DNA of 64,000 nt from Armatimonadota bacterium (lineage in GTDB: Bacteria; Cloacimonadota; Cloacimonadia; Cloacimonadales; TCS61), in contig JABMPU010000077.1 in the NCBI GenBank assembly GCA_013203665.1, positions 22,471 to 86,470 of the forward strand. Direction: 5' to 3'. Under the pieces are notes generated by a model. It had not been told where the DNA came from. It searched no databases and was given only the letters and a program-made list of their open reading frames with translations. Of this stretch, positions 52,063 to 61,744 are shown piece by piece (the first letter of the stretch is position 1; each line of letters opens with the position of its first letter). A program made the position numbers and the translations under genes.

Positions 52063-52218
52063 GGGAGCTGCAAAATAAAAAAAAAGCTGTCTTTCTGAGG
52101 AAATCTTCGAAGTAGTTTCTAACGAAGAATCTCATTATAAGCGAAGATCCTTCGATGGAAAAGCAATCCGGCAGTTGCCGGATCAGGATGACAAAAAATA
52201 CTTTATTTTGCAGAACTC
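52063..52218. mobile_element. MITE-like element containing nested palindromic repeats
   Basis: Terminal inverted CTGCAAAATAAA / TTTATTTTGCAG; inner TGTCTTTCTGA...TCAGGATGACA; innermost ATCCGGCAGTTGCCGGAT. Confidence 0.6.
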
Positions 52219-52244
52219 ATAAGTTTTAAAAAAACGGAGGAAAA

Positions 52245-53636
52245 ATGAAAACTATGAAAATCGTTTTAACGCTGGTCGTATTAGTATTGAGTATTAGTTT
52301 AAATGCAGGAACCAGAATTGAGGGACTGGGAAATTATTTTGAATATCTTATCCGTGATATTGACACAGATATTACCTTATTCCCTGCACATCTTATTTGA
52401 TATGACTATAAACATATTCAGTTTGTGAATAATGGAAAATCTGCAAAATATTACGGATTTTCTGCAAGAGATATTAACCTCAGTATAATGCCTTTGGCAA
52501 AAAAAGTGTTTCTTAAAATTAACGCAAATATTGCCAGTGATAACAGGCAACCCAGAATTTATCTTAGTGATAGCTACTCATCTTTTTATGGTGAGGAATA
52601 TGGTGCAAACTTAATAACTACCACATTGGCATATTCATTTTCCAATAACTTTCTGGTTGGATGCTTTCTAAAATATGGAAATAACTGGAGAGAAAGCATA
52701 TCTGAAGATTATAAAATGACCGGTCCGAACACGATCATAAACGAGGATGTTTCAGATTCTGATTTTGACGATGATTATTATTCGACTGGAATTAATTTCA
52801 GAATAGGTTCGGATTTTAAAACCGATGTCACCATTGTGTTTTCACAGAATTTCATGAATGAGAGTTACTATGATAATTTTGATTTTGAAGATTTCTATTC
52901 CAGCGGTTCAAACACCTATTCTTATCGTAATATTGACAAGAATTCGCAATATTTAGACCAGGAAACAGAAGATATTGGAATTTGCGTTTTATTGGATGTG
53001 GAAAACGATAAATCAATAAATCGTTTTTTTATGGAATCCCACTATACTCAACTGACACTTGACTTAGAAATCAATGATTCTCGTCATCAATTGAATTATG
53101 AAAATGACGAATTAGATGGTGAGCATAATGATATTCGCGAACAAGATAAAAAGGAAGAAAGAAAAATATACACGGCAACTTTGGGTTTTGGAAAGACCAT
53201 CAAAAAAAATAAATGGAACCTGCATTATGGTATTAAATTTGATGGATTGTATGGTGATACAAAACGTGATGAATCATATTACAATCTGGATTATGATCTT
53301 TATGTATATCCTGATACCGTACAGATATATTCAGTTTCTTTCAGCGGACAAAACAATTTTAAGATCAAAGATTGGAAAGCAGTATTAAAAGTGCCATTCG
53401 GAGTAAGCTATCATTTAAATAAACTCGTTCAACTTTATGGTGGAGTTGGTTTTAAATTGATCAGGCAGAAATTCGAGTATTTTGATGATAACGAATTTAA
53501 TAGATGGGAAACCGACCGCTATCAATCATTCGGAGCTACCATCTCACCGCTCGAATGTTTGAAAATAGATGTGAATTTTGCAGGAACTCTTACCAGTTAT
53601 GCTTCCTGGCAGATAGATGTGAAATATCTGTGGTGA
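52245..53636 (+). pseudogene. Outer-membrane beta-barrel-like protein with in-frame TGA at codon 52 (nonsense mutation or recoding)
   Basis: SD GGAGG, ATG 52245 and signal peptide are in frame with ORF 52425-53636; single TGA at 52398-52400; ends IDVKYLW. Confidence 0.75.
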
Positions 53637-53651
53637 GGAAAATTATGATCA

Positions 53652-53692
53652 CAAAACCCGAGTCGGGTTCTGCAAACCCGACTCGGGTTTTG
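53652..53692. repeat. Palindrome, copy 1 (may also act as terminator)
   Basis: CAAAACCCGAGTCGGGTT-CTGCA-AACCCGACTCGGGTTTTG. Confidence 0.85.
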
Positions 53693-53827
53693 TTTTTAAG
53701 ATAGTTTTTTAAAGTGGAACCTTTCTCACTTTCTTATACAACAATTCGAGTTAACAAAAAATAATTTGTTAAAAGTTTTGACAAAAGATTTTTTGTTAAG
53801 TTCTCATTCTAAATATGTAATTTTATA

Positions 53828-54580
53828 TTACATATACTGATTCCAAAGCTTTTCTTTGGCTGGGAAATGAACTGATACTAAATCTGTGAAACTGATGACA
53901 TTATGATGATCAGAAAAATTCTTTTCTTTCTCTTCATCAAAAACGACTAAATCTATATTATGCTTTTCCATTTCTTTGATTTTTTTTTCCGAAATGTCCT
54001 GCTCTTGAGTAACAATATAGATTTTGTCGGCTTTGATCGACGCCAATTCACCAACGACTTGTCTCCATCTTTCCCTTAAAGTTCTTTTTACTGAAATAAT
54101 TAAGCAAGATGTTCTGTTCTTCGTGAAAACTTTTTCACTCGGAAAAAGATAGTCAACCCTTCCATTTAATTGAGTCTGTGTAGCATAAGGATAATTTAAA
54201 CGGCTAAATAAAAATTCCAAATGTCTTTCAAAACTTCCACCTGCGCGAGCTTTTCTCGATTGACTAATACTCAAAAATACATTCCAGAAATCATTATAGT
54301 ATTTATTAAAAAAATCAGAAAATGTTTTTTTAAAATCATCTTTTGGTATTTCGAATATTTTTTGTTTAAAAGCTTCATCAAAAATCTTAATAGTACATTT
54401 CTTTTCAAATTCTTTGTATAAATCAAATTCGATCTTTAATAATTGCTTTAAAAATAAATTGAAATTTTTTTCAATATTATTCATCTCAAGTTTCTTTTGG
54501 GCAAGCTCCGCTAATCTCTCGCCAGAAGGCATAAATTGTTTTCTTATAGTTTTTTGAAAATCATTAAAATTAATATCCAT
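53828..54580 (-). CDS. Type II restriction endonuclease, EcoRII-C/PspGI-like catalytic domain
   Basis: SRKARAG.SFE.HL, DYLFP, K.TLRERWRQV..E. Confidence 0.88.
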   Translation of the reverse strand: MDINFNDFQKTIRKQFMPSGERLAELAQKKLEMNNIEKNFNLFLKQLLKIEFDLYKEFEKKCTIKIFDEAFKQKIFEIPKDDFKKTFSDFFNKYYNDFWNVFLSISQSRKARAGGSFERHLEFLFSRLNYPYATQTQLNGRVDYLFPSEKVFTKNRTSCLIISVKRTLRERWRQVVGELASIKADKIYIVTQEQDISEKKIKEMEKHNIDLVVFDEEKEKNFSDHHNVISFTDLVSVHFPAKEKLWNQYM

Positions 54581-54588
54581 AACTATGT

Positions 54589-56556
54589 TTATCTCCTTTC
54601 TAAAATAATAATAAATTCCTCAAGCATTGTGTTTACTGTTTTTCCAATAATGTTGGTCGGGCTATTTTTTCTCGGCATTCTTTTGTTTGGAATTTCTCGA
54701 ACAATTGTCTTGTGATGAAAAAAGTCTTTTTTACAAAGCTCGATTATAATTTCATCTGTTGGAATTTGTATTTCTTTTACTGTTCTATTTCCCACAACAA
54801 TACACATAAAACCACTTTTCTTCAGTACTCTAGTAAATTCTTTCAAACATTTATTTAAATCATAGAAAAAGGCAAAAACTTCATTGCTTCTTTTTTTATC
54901 TTGTTTTGAAATATTATCAACAATATCAAAAAGTAATTCTGAATAAATATCATAAACAGGATGATTAATTATTTTCCCACCTAAACTTTCTCTATCTACA
55001 TTAACATTATCTAATTCTAACCATTCAATTGCAAATCTGGAAAATTGCCCGTAAGCAACAGTCGTTTTGCTATCTCCATAAGGTGGTGAAGTTACAATTA
55101 AATCAATTTCTTCATCATTAATTTCAGATACATCTTTGACGATTTTAAACCAATGTTCTTTCGATATTTTGTTCTTTAAAGAATTTAACCTATCAATGTT
55201 TTCAAGTGATTTTTTTATAAATAATTCTTTTACATTCGGGTTGTGCTTTATTAAATCCTTTTCAGAATATCTATGCAATTTGAATCCATTTCTACAATTT
55301 GATGCTGTACGTATGGTTTCACTTAAAACAATTTTATAGAAATTTTTTATATCGGAATTCCCTATTTCCCAAATAACTTTTTTAAGTTTTCCGATTTCAT
55401 TTATTATATCATCTTTAAACCAAAAATTTATATTTCTAACCGGTGAAATATCGGGTTCTGTTTTTTCCATTCCGATTAAAATTTCATCAAGAGTATTTTT
55501 TAATAAATCTTTTTGTATTGGAGTTAATTTCACTTTTGTGATTAATTCTGCTAATGGATTAATATCAATACCAAAAGAATATCTTTTTTTTATATTTGCT
55601 TCAAAAAGTGTTGTGCCTGCTCCCATAAATGGATCTAAAATGATATCATTTTCATTACTATATTCCTCAATAAGAAAGTCTGCAATGGGGTAAGCCATAA
55701 CTGCGGGATAAATGTGTAATCCGTGTATTCCCTTGGTTTGTCGAATTTTTCTGAAATCAAACGAAGAATCTTTATATTTTTTATTTAAGAATTCTTTAGA
55801 TAATTCATTTTCATAGAACCTAGGATAATATTCTGATAAAGTAATTTGTTCATAACCGCTTTTAAAATAATCAATTTTTCTATTTTGAGTATAGTTTTCT
55901 AATAAACTGAAATAACCTTCTTTGGAAATTATTATATGATCGATTATTTTAATTCCGGATATATCTTCTAATTTTAATAATTTTTCAGTTATTTTTTGAT
56001 CTTCTTTCGAAGGGTTTGAATCTCCATCAGGATGGTTATGGACAATAACAATTGCTGTTGCATTATATAAATATGCTGGAGCGAAAATTTCTCTGGGATG
56101 AACAATACTGGAATTTACTGTCCCAATTGATATGGTTTCCCTTTTTATCAATTGATTAAGAGAATCTAAATATAAAACAATTAAATGTTCTTGTCTTTTA
56201 GTGATTAAATCTTTGCAAATATTAAAAATATCACTTGAATTGATAATTTTTGTTTTACTTTTGTCTTCACAAATAATTCTTTTTGCTAATTCAAGTGAAG
56301 CAACAATTTGCTCCGCTTTAATTTTTCCGATTCCTTTGATTTCAGTTAGTTCTTTAACACTTGCATCTAAAAGTTTTTCCCCAAATTTCTTTAAAATGTT
56401 TTTAGATACTTGCTTTACATTTGTTCCTTTTATTCCACTTCCAAGTAAAATAGAAAGCAGTTCGGAATTTGATAAATAGTTTATGCTCGTTCTTTCTAAT
56501 TTTTCTCTCGGTCTTTCAAACTCCGGCAAATCTTTAATTTTTAAATTTCTTTTCAT
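54589..56556 (-). CDS. RadC (JAB domain) fused to amino-DNA methyltransferase (probably N4-cytosine)
   Basis: ERPREKL, IKGIG, VHPREIF, HNHPDGD..PS.ED; then H.YPA, DPFMGAGTT, TSPPY. Confidence 0.9.
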   Translation of the reverse strand: MKRNLKIKDLPEFERPREKLERTSINYLSNSELLSILLGSGIKGTNVKQVSKNILKKFGEKLLDASVKELTEIKGIGKIKAEQIVASLELAKRIICEDKSKTKIINSSDIFNICKDLITKRQEHLIVLYLDSLNQLIKRETISIGTVNSSIVHPREIFAPAYLYNATAIVIVHNHPDGDSNPSKEDQKITEKLLKLEDISGIKIIDHIIISKEGYFSLLENYTQNRKIDYFKSGYEQITLSEYYPRFYENELSKEFLNKKYKDSSFDFRKIRQTKGIHGLHIYPAVMAYPIADFLIEEYSNENDIILDPFMGAGTTLFEANIKKRYSFGIDINPLAELITKVKLTPIQKDLLKNTLDEILIGMEKTEPDISPVRNINFWFKDDIINEIGKLKKVIWEIGNSDIKNFYKIVLSETIRTASNCRNGFKLHRYSEKDLIKHNPNVKELFIKKSLENIDRLNSLKNKISKEHWFKIVKDVSEINDEEIDLIVTSPPYGDSKTTVAYGQFSRFAIEWLELDNVNVDRESLGGKIINHPVYDIYSELLFDIVDNISKQDKKRSNEVFAFFYDLNKCLKEFTRVLKKSGFMCIVVGNRTVKEIQIPTDEIIIELCKKDFFHHKTIVREIPNKRMPRKNSPTNIIGKTVNTMLEEFIIILERR

Positions 56557-56614
56557 TTATTTCACCATTCTTATAATAAATACTTGTTTATAAAATGATT
56601 TTCTTTGTCAAGCT

Positions 56615-56653
56615 CAAAACCCGAGTCGAGTTATTCAAACCCAACTCGGGTTT
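56615..56653. repeat. Palindrome, copy 2
   Basis: CAAAACCCGAGTCGAGTTATTCAAACCCAACTCGGGTTT. Confidence 0.8.
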
Positions 56654-56777
56654 ACATTATACAATATCTTTTTGCTTTGTGTCCTTCGTGGCTAAGTTTC
56701 AGGAACAAATATTTTTTTATTTGACACTATAAATACTCATTTAATCAATAACCAAAAATTTAATTATGGAGGAGATA

Positions 56778-57920
56778 ATGGTTGATTTTTCATTAAGCAC
56801 CAGGCAGCAGGAAATTAAAGAAAAGTATCGAGATTTCGTGCAGAAATGGGTTGTACCGAATCGCATGAAATATGATGAATCCTGTGAATTCCCCTGGGAA
56901 ATAGTTAAGGCGGCTTATAAAGATGGTTTGATGAATGGACCTATCCCAAAACATCTCGGTGGGAACGGTTTCGGAATTATGGATTGTGCCCTTACTTCGG
57001 AAGAACTGGGAGCAGGTTGTATTGGAATTGGAATTTGTATAGATGCCAACACATTAGCACTTACACCTTTGCTTCTCGTAGGAAGTGAAGAACAGCAGAA
57101 AAAGTTTTTTGGTTTGATAAGGGAAAAACAGGGTGTAGCAGCTTACTGTCTTACCGAACCAAATGCAGGTTCGGATGTTGCCAGTATCAGTTCAACTGCA
57201 ATTTTGAAAGGTGATAAATACATTCTGAATGGTCACAAACGGTTTATCACAAATGGTGAAGTGGCAACCTTTCATACGGTTTTTGCATTAACGAATCCGG
57301 AAAAAGGTGCGAGAAGTCTTACTCCTTTTATTGTTCCCACGGATCTTCCTGGAATTGAAATTGTATCTAAAATGGAAAAAATGGGTCAGCGAGCTTCCGT
57401 GCAGAATGAAATCAAATACCACGATGTAGAGGTTCCGGTTGAAAACAGGCTGGGTGGAGAAGGTCGCGGATTTATCGTAGCGATGAAAACCTTTGACCGA
57501 ACCAGAACCGGAGTTGCAGCTCTGAGTCTGGGTGCAGCGCGTACTGCTTATGAAATCTCAAGGGATTGGGCGAAGAAAAGAATCCAATTTGGGAAACCAA
57601 TTGCAGCAAATCAGGCTATTGCTTTTATGCTGGCTGATATGGCTACTGAAATTGAAACTGCCAGGATGCTTACATGGCGAGCAGCTTGGGCGTATGATAC
57701 AGGTCAAAAGGATATTTCGATACTTTCAGCGATGTCCAAAATGTATGCCTCTGATGTGGCAATGAAAGTAGCAACAAATGCTGTACAGGTTATGGCAGGT
57801 GAGGGTTATTCCAAGGATTATCCTGTAGAAAAAATTATGAGGGATGTGAAACTCTGCCAGATTTACGAAGGCACAAACCAGGTACAACGACTTGTAATTT
57901 CTAAAGGTATAATGAAATAG
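56778..57920 (+). CDS. Acyl-CoA dehydrogenase
   Basis: CLTEPNAGSD, NG.K.FITNG, R.QFGK, QIYEGTNQ; SD GGAGGAG before ATG 56778. Confidence 0.95.
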   Translation: MVDFSLSTRQQEIKEKYRDFVQKWVVPNRMKYDESCEFPWEIVKAAYKDGLMNGPIPKHLGGNGFGIMDCALTSEELGAGCIGIGICIDANTLALTPLLLVGSEEQQKKFFGLIREKQGVAAYCLTEPNAGSDVASISSTAILKGDKYILNGHKRFITNGEVATFHTVFALTNPEKGARSLTPFIVPTDLPGIEIVSKMEKMGQRASVQNEIKYHDVEVPVENRLGGEGRGFIVAMKTFDRTRTGVAALSLGAARTAYEISRDWAKKRIQFGKPIAANQAIAFMLADMATEIETARMLTWRAAWAYDTGQKDISILSAMSKMYASDVAMKVATNAVQVMAGEGYSKDYPVEKIMRDVKLCQIYEGTNQVQRLVISKGIMK

Positions 57921-57988
57921 ATCATTTTCTTTTTTTCCTTGAATAGAGAAAATTAAAGAAGAAATTTACTTTTTAAAAAGGGGGAAAA

Positions 57989-59749
57989 ATTTCATTAAAA
58001 CAATCAACTGATAATGCATGGCTCAAATATGAAATAACCAGACATCCGGATAGACCAAGGTCTTCGGAAATTATAAAAGAATTATTTACAGATTTTATTC
58101 CATATGGGCAGGGATTTCCTAAAGATCCGGCAATAATAACAGGTTCTGCGAATTTTAAGAATCAAAAAGTTTTTATCATTGCTCAAGAGAAACCTAAAGG
58201 GCTATCCATGGAAGAGCAGGTAAAAGTGAATTTCGGTATGGTCAAACCTGAAGGTTATTCTCTGGCAATGAAAATTATGGATATAGCTGAAAGTACAAAT
58301 ACTCCTTTAATCACCATCATCGATACACCTGGTGGAGATCCATTTGAACATTCAGCAAAATATCTTCAATCCTGGAAAATATCGGATTGCATCTCCAAAA
58401 TGGCTGGATTAAAGACCAGGACAATTGCTCTCATTTTAGGAGAAGGAGGAAGTGGAGGAGCTCTTGCCCTGCAGGTTGCAGATAGAACTCTGATGATGGG
58501 AAATGCTGTCTATTCCGTGATGTCACCGGAAGGATGCTCCAGTATTATTCTTCGAAATCCAGCCAGAAAAGAGGAAGCTGCCAACCTTCAAAAACCCACA
58601 GCAGAAGATATGTTAGCTTTTGGGATTATCGATGATATTATTCCTGAACACGAAGATGGAGCACACAATGATGTAAAAAGAACTATCATCAACATTGAGA
58701 AAAAACTCTCGTTGATCCTTAACGAACTTAATAATATCGATCAAGAAAAGCTTTTGAAAAGCAGATACAAACGATTTATCGGTTACGGAGAATTGAAAGA
58801 AGATTTTTCCAAAATATTCAAACAAAAGACAATCAAAACTGTACATTCCATTGAAAAGAAATTTGAAAAAATATTTTCTAAATTAAAAACAGTTGGTGAT
58901 TACCTGACTCTGCATTTAGCAAAAACTCTAAAAAAAGAAGAAATTAAGGAATTAAGTAAAGATGAATATTATGAATGTGAAAAATGCCACACCAGTATTT
59001 CCTTTAAAACCTTCCTGGATAATTTCAAAACCTGTACTAAATGTGGAGCAATCAGCAGGAAATACTATTTGTCAGCATACGAATGGATAAACTGCATCAC
59101 AGATAAAAATTCCTTTGTGGAAACCGACAAATTTCTCGTGCCCAAAGATGCATTGAAATTCAGTTATAAATATGAAGGTAAAAATAAATCTTATAAAGAA
59201 ACGGTAAAAAATGCTCAAAAAAAGAAAGGTGTAAAGGAAGCTCTGGTGATCGGAGAAGCGAGAATTTTTGATACTCCTGTGATTGTAGCTGTATCTGAAT
59301 TTGGATTTTTAGGTGGTTCAATGGGTTCTGTGGTCGGAGAAAAATTCGTCAGAGCAGTGAAATTAGCGAATTTAATGAAATGCCCTTTGGTATCAATCGC
59401 TCTTTCCGGGGGAGCCAGAATGCACGAAGGAATTCTCTCCTTGATGCAAATGGCAAAGACAAATATGGCTTTGACCAAATTGAAAAAACCTTTTATTTCC
59501 GTTCTTGCAGATCCCACTTTTGGAGGAACATTAGCGAGTTTTGCCACACAGGGAACGATAATTTTAGCTGAAAAAAATGCTCAACTCGGTTTTGCTGGTC
59601 CGCGAGTAACCAAACTTATCTCCGGTAAAGATATGGATGAAAAATATTATACTGCTGAATTTTATTTGGAGCGAGGTGGAGTTAATGAAGTAGTTTCCCG
59701 CAAAGATATGAAGGAAGCTATTCATAAGTATATTTTGAGTTTGTCCTGA
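57989..59749 (+). CDS. Carboxyltransferase alpha-beta fusion (AccA-like then AccD-like), probable ATT start
   Basis: RHPDRP, D.AII.G, IDTPG, GEGGSGGALA; CEKC..CTKC zinc finger, GGSMGSVVGEK, SGGARMHEG, GFAGPRV; frame open from 57977. Confidence 0.85.
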   Translation: MSLKQSTDNAWLKYEITRHPDRPRSSEIIKELFTDFIPYGQGFPKDPAIITGSANFKNQKVFIIAQEKPKGLSMEEQVKVNFGMVKPEGYSLAMKIMDIAESTNTPLITIIDTPGGDPFEHSAKYLQSWKISDCISKMAGLKTRTIALILGEGGSGGALALQVADRTLMMGNAVYSVMSPEGCSSIILRNPARKEEAANLQKPTAEDMLAFGIIDDIIPEHEDGAHNDVKRTIINIEKKLSLILNELNNIDQEKLLKSRYKRFIGYGELKEDFSKIFKQKTIKTVHSIEKKFEKIFSKLKTVGDYLTLHLAKTLKKEEIKELSKDEYYECEKCHTSISFKTFLDNFKTCTKCGAISRKYYLSAYEWINCITDKNSFVETDKFLVPKDALKFSYKYEGKNKSYKETVKNAQKKKGVKEALVIGEARIFDTPVIVAVSEFGFLGGSMGSVVGEKFVRAVKLANLMKCPLVSIALSGGARMHEGILSLMQMAKTNMALTKLKKPFISVLADPTFGGTLASFATQGTIILAEKNAQLGFAGPRVTKLISGKDMDEKYYTAEFYLERGGVNEVVSRKDMKEAIHKYILSLS

Positions 59750-59935
59750 TTGAGTTTTAACTTGCTAAAATTTTGAAAATCTTATCTGAAATTTATGTAA
59801 TGTCTGAATTAATAGCGGATTAAGTCCCGTTTTTTTTACTACATTTGAAGAACAGAGGTTTCCAGCGTCAAATACGGAAAAGAATAATACTCCTGAAATT
59901 TGGTTATTTTTTTTAGTTTACGCAGAGCGTTCATA

Positions 59936-60146
59936 TTGTGTTCCCACGCAGGACAGCCTGTGTGAAAACTGATTTCTTTAAGTTATAACGATCCCCATCC
60001 CTAACCCTTCCCCCTATCGAGGGGAAAGGGAACTGCCTGCGGCAAAAGGAGATAGGTTCTCCCCCTAAATAGGGCGAGTTAGAGGGGGTTAAAAAAAATC
60101 GTGCTTTTCATCTGTTTTCACACAGACTGGGGAGCATGGGAACAAG
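59936..60146. mobile_element. Three-layer nested element: REP > MITE > DUF559-type repeat
   Basis: GTTCCCACGCAGGA [CAGCCTGTGTGAAAAC ... CCCC/GGGG repeat ... GTTTTCACACAGACTG] GGGAGCATGGGAAC. Confidence 0.75.
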
Positions 60147-60204
60147 CTTAGGTTGTTAATTTTTCTTCGTGTCTTTACCTGCCTTACCGAAGACAGGTGG
60201 TTAC

Positions 60205-60573
60205 TTACTTCTGGGACCACAAAGCAAGGCGATTTCCTTCTGTATCCAGAAACCAGGCAAAATAACCATGCTCTTCGGTTATAAGAGTTTTGGCTACAAC
60301 AATCTTTCCTCCAGCCGGTTCAATTCTATCCAGAATTATCTGCAGGTCTTCCCCTCCATTAAGATAAACGATCGTTCCTTTACCACCGGGCTCATGTCCT
60401 TTTCCCTTAACAATCGCACCGCTACTTCCCCCTTTTTCGGTTAGGAACAAACCCATTAGATCATCACCCATTTTTTCTTCTTTGACCTCTGCTTGAAGAA
60501 TTTCGCTGTAAAATTTTTGTGCTCTAACAAAATCATTTACAGGAATCTCGAACCAGACAACTAAATTTTCCAT
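60205..60573 (-). CDS. VOC/glyoxalase family protein
   Basis: VWFEIPV.D..RA..FY, F.DTEGN. Confidence 0.93.
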   Translation of the reverse strand: MENLVVWFEIPVNDFVRAQKFYSEILQAEVKEEKMGDDLMGLFLTEKGGSSGAIVKGKGHEPGGKGTIVYLNGGEDLQIILDRIEPAGGKIVVAKTLITEEHGYFAWFLDTEGNRLALWSQK

Positions 60574-60631
60574 TTTTTCCTCCTCAAAAAAATATTATCT
60601 ATTTTATACAGTTTTTAAAAAAAACAGAAGC

Positions 60632-61108
60632 TCAAATCTTCTTTATGGGAATATGAATATCCATTTCAGATTCCGGATCTCCAAACTTAAAGCGAGAATC
60701 ATACCATTCGATTTCATCTTCTTCAGCAAGTTCATAATCACTTTCTTCTAACCAGGTATTATAGATATAATCATACGTTTCGCTGAGATTATCCAGAGAA
60801 CCTTTGTGAGTGAAAACAGCACATAAACAAGCAGGAATGTTCCTGAAAACCATTCCTTCGGGAATCATGCATCCGATTTTCATTACTTTGCAGGCAAGAT
60901 AGGAAAATTCTGTGTTTTCATCAAAATCGGAAATACCTTCATTAATGCAGATCCCCAGCGAGCATTCTGGAACCGCAATTTCAGAGATTTCGTCTTCACG
61001 AGCCAGAAAATCATTCCACAACTGAGGAATTTTGTTTTCCTTCATGGTTGTCTTGATGAGTATGCCCACTACTTTTAAAGCTGCTCGTTCTGTAATTATA
61101 ACTTTCAT
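60632..61108 (-). CDS. GyrI-like effector-binding domain protein
   Basis: IPQLW..F, AVFTHKG, Y.YIY..WL, E.YD.RF. Confidence 0.9.
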   Translation of the reverse strand: MKVIITERAALKVVGILIKTTMKENKIPQLWNDFLAREDEISEIAVPECSLGICINEGISDFDENTEFSYLACKVMKIGCMIPEGMVFRNIPACLCAVFTHKGSLDNLSETYDYIYNTWLEESDYELAEEDEIEWYDSRFKFGDPESEMDIHIPIKKI

Positions 61109-61180
61109 AATTTTCCAAAAATGCTTTTATTAAATTTGATTGATGTGTTTCTCTTTTTTGAAACTTCTTATGAATTAGGA

Positions 61181-61564
61181 TTATTGGTCGTCGTCAAGAT
61201 TTCTCAATTCATTCAGAACGATTTCCTGTTTGCGATTGGAAAGTTCATTCAGAACATTCCGAGATTCGCTCATTGCAGGTGAGCGTTCAGGTTTTTCCTG
61301 GGTTTGAGGAGACAATATTTTTGTTATCTCAGCTAATTTTGCCTTAACGCTGGATTCAGAAGTTTTTAATCTATCTGCAACTTCAATTTTGTATCCATCA
61401 CAACAAACGTAAACTTTTAGAAATTCCCATTGCTCTGCAGTTAATTGTGAAAAACCTTCTTCTTCAAATTTTCCCTTGATGGATATATCACAGTCCGGAC
61501 AATGATATTCAGTGATTTCTAAGGCGGATTTACAAAATGGACATTCTTTTAATTTTTTACTCAT
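61181..61564 (-). CDS. DUF2089-like protein (zinc ribbon plus HTH)
   Basis: CPFC...C..C...I.GKF....F..L..EQ..F. Confidence 0.8.
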   Translation of the reverse strand: MSKKLKECPFCKSALEITEYHCPDCDISIKGKFEEEGFSQLTAEQWEFLKVYVCCDGYKIEVADRLKTSESSVKAKLAEITKILSPQTQEKPERSPAMSESRNVLNELSNRKQEIVLNELRNLDDDQ

Positions 61565-61744
61565 AACACCTCCTTTTATCTATCAATGAAATTACTAAAT
61601 ATCAATTTTTATGTCAAACACAAAATTCATAAAAAGTATTTAAGAGAAGCATTAAAATAAATAAACACGATAAGTTAAATAAAAATCTTGACTCGAAAAA
61701 AGGTTATTTTTTTGTTAGCTGTGTTGTTTAAGATTGATGGAAAT

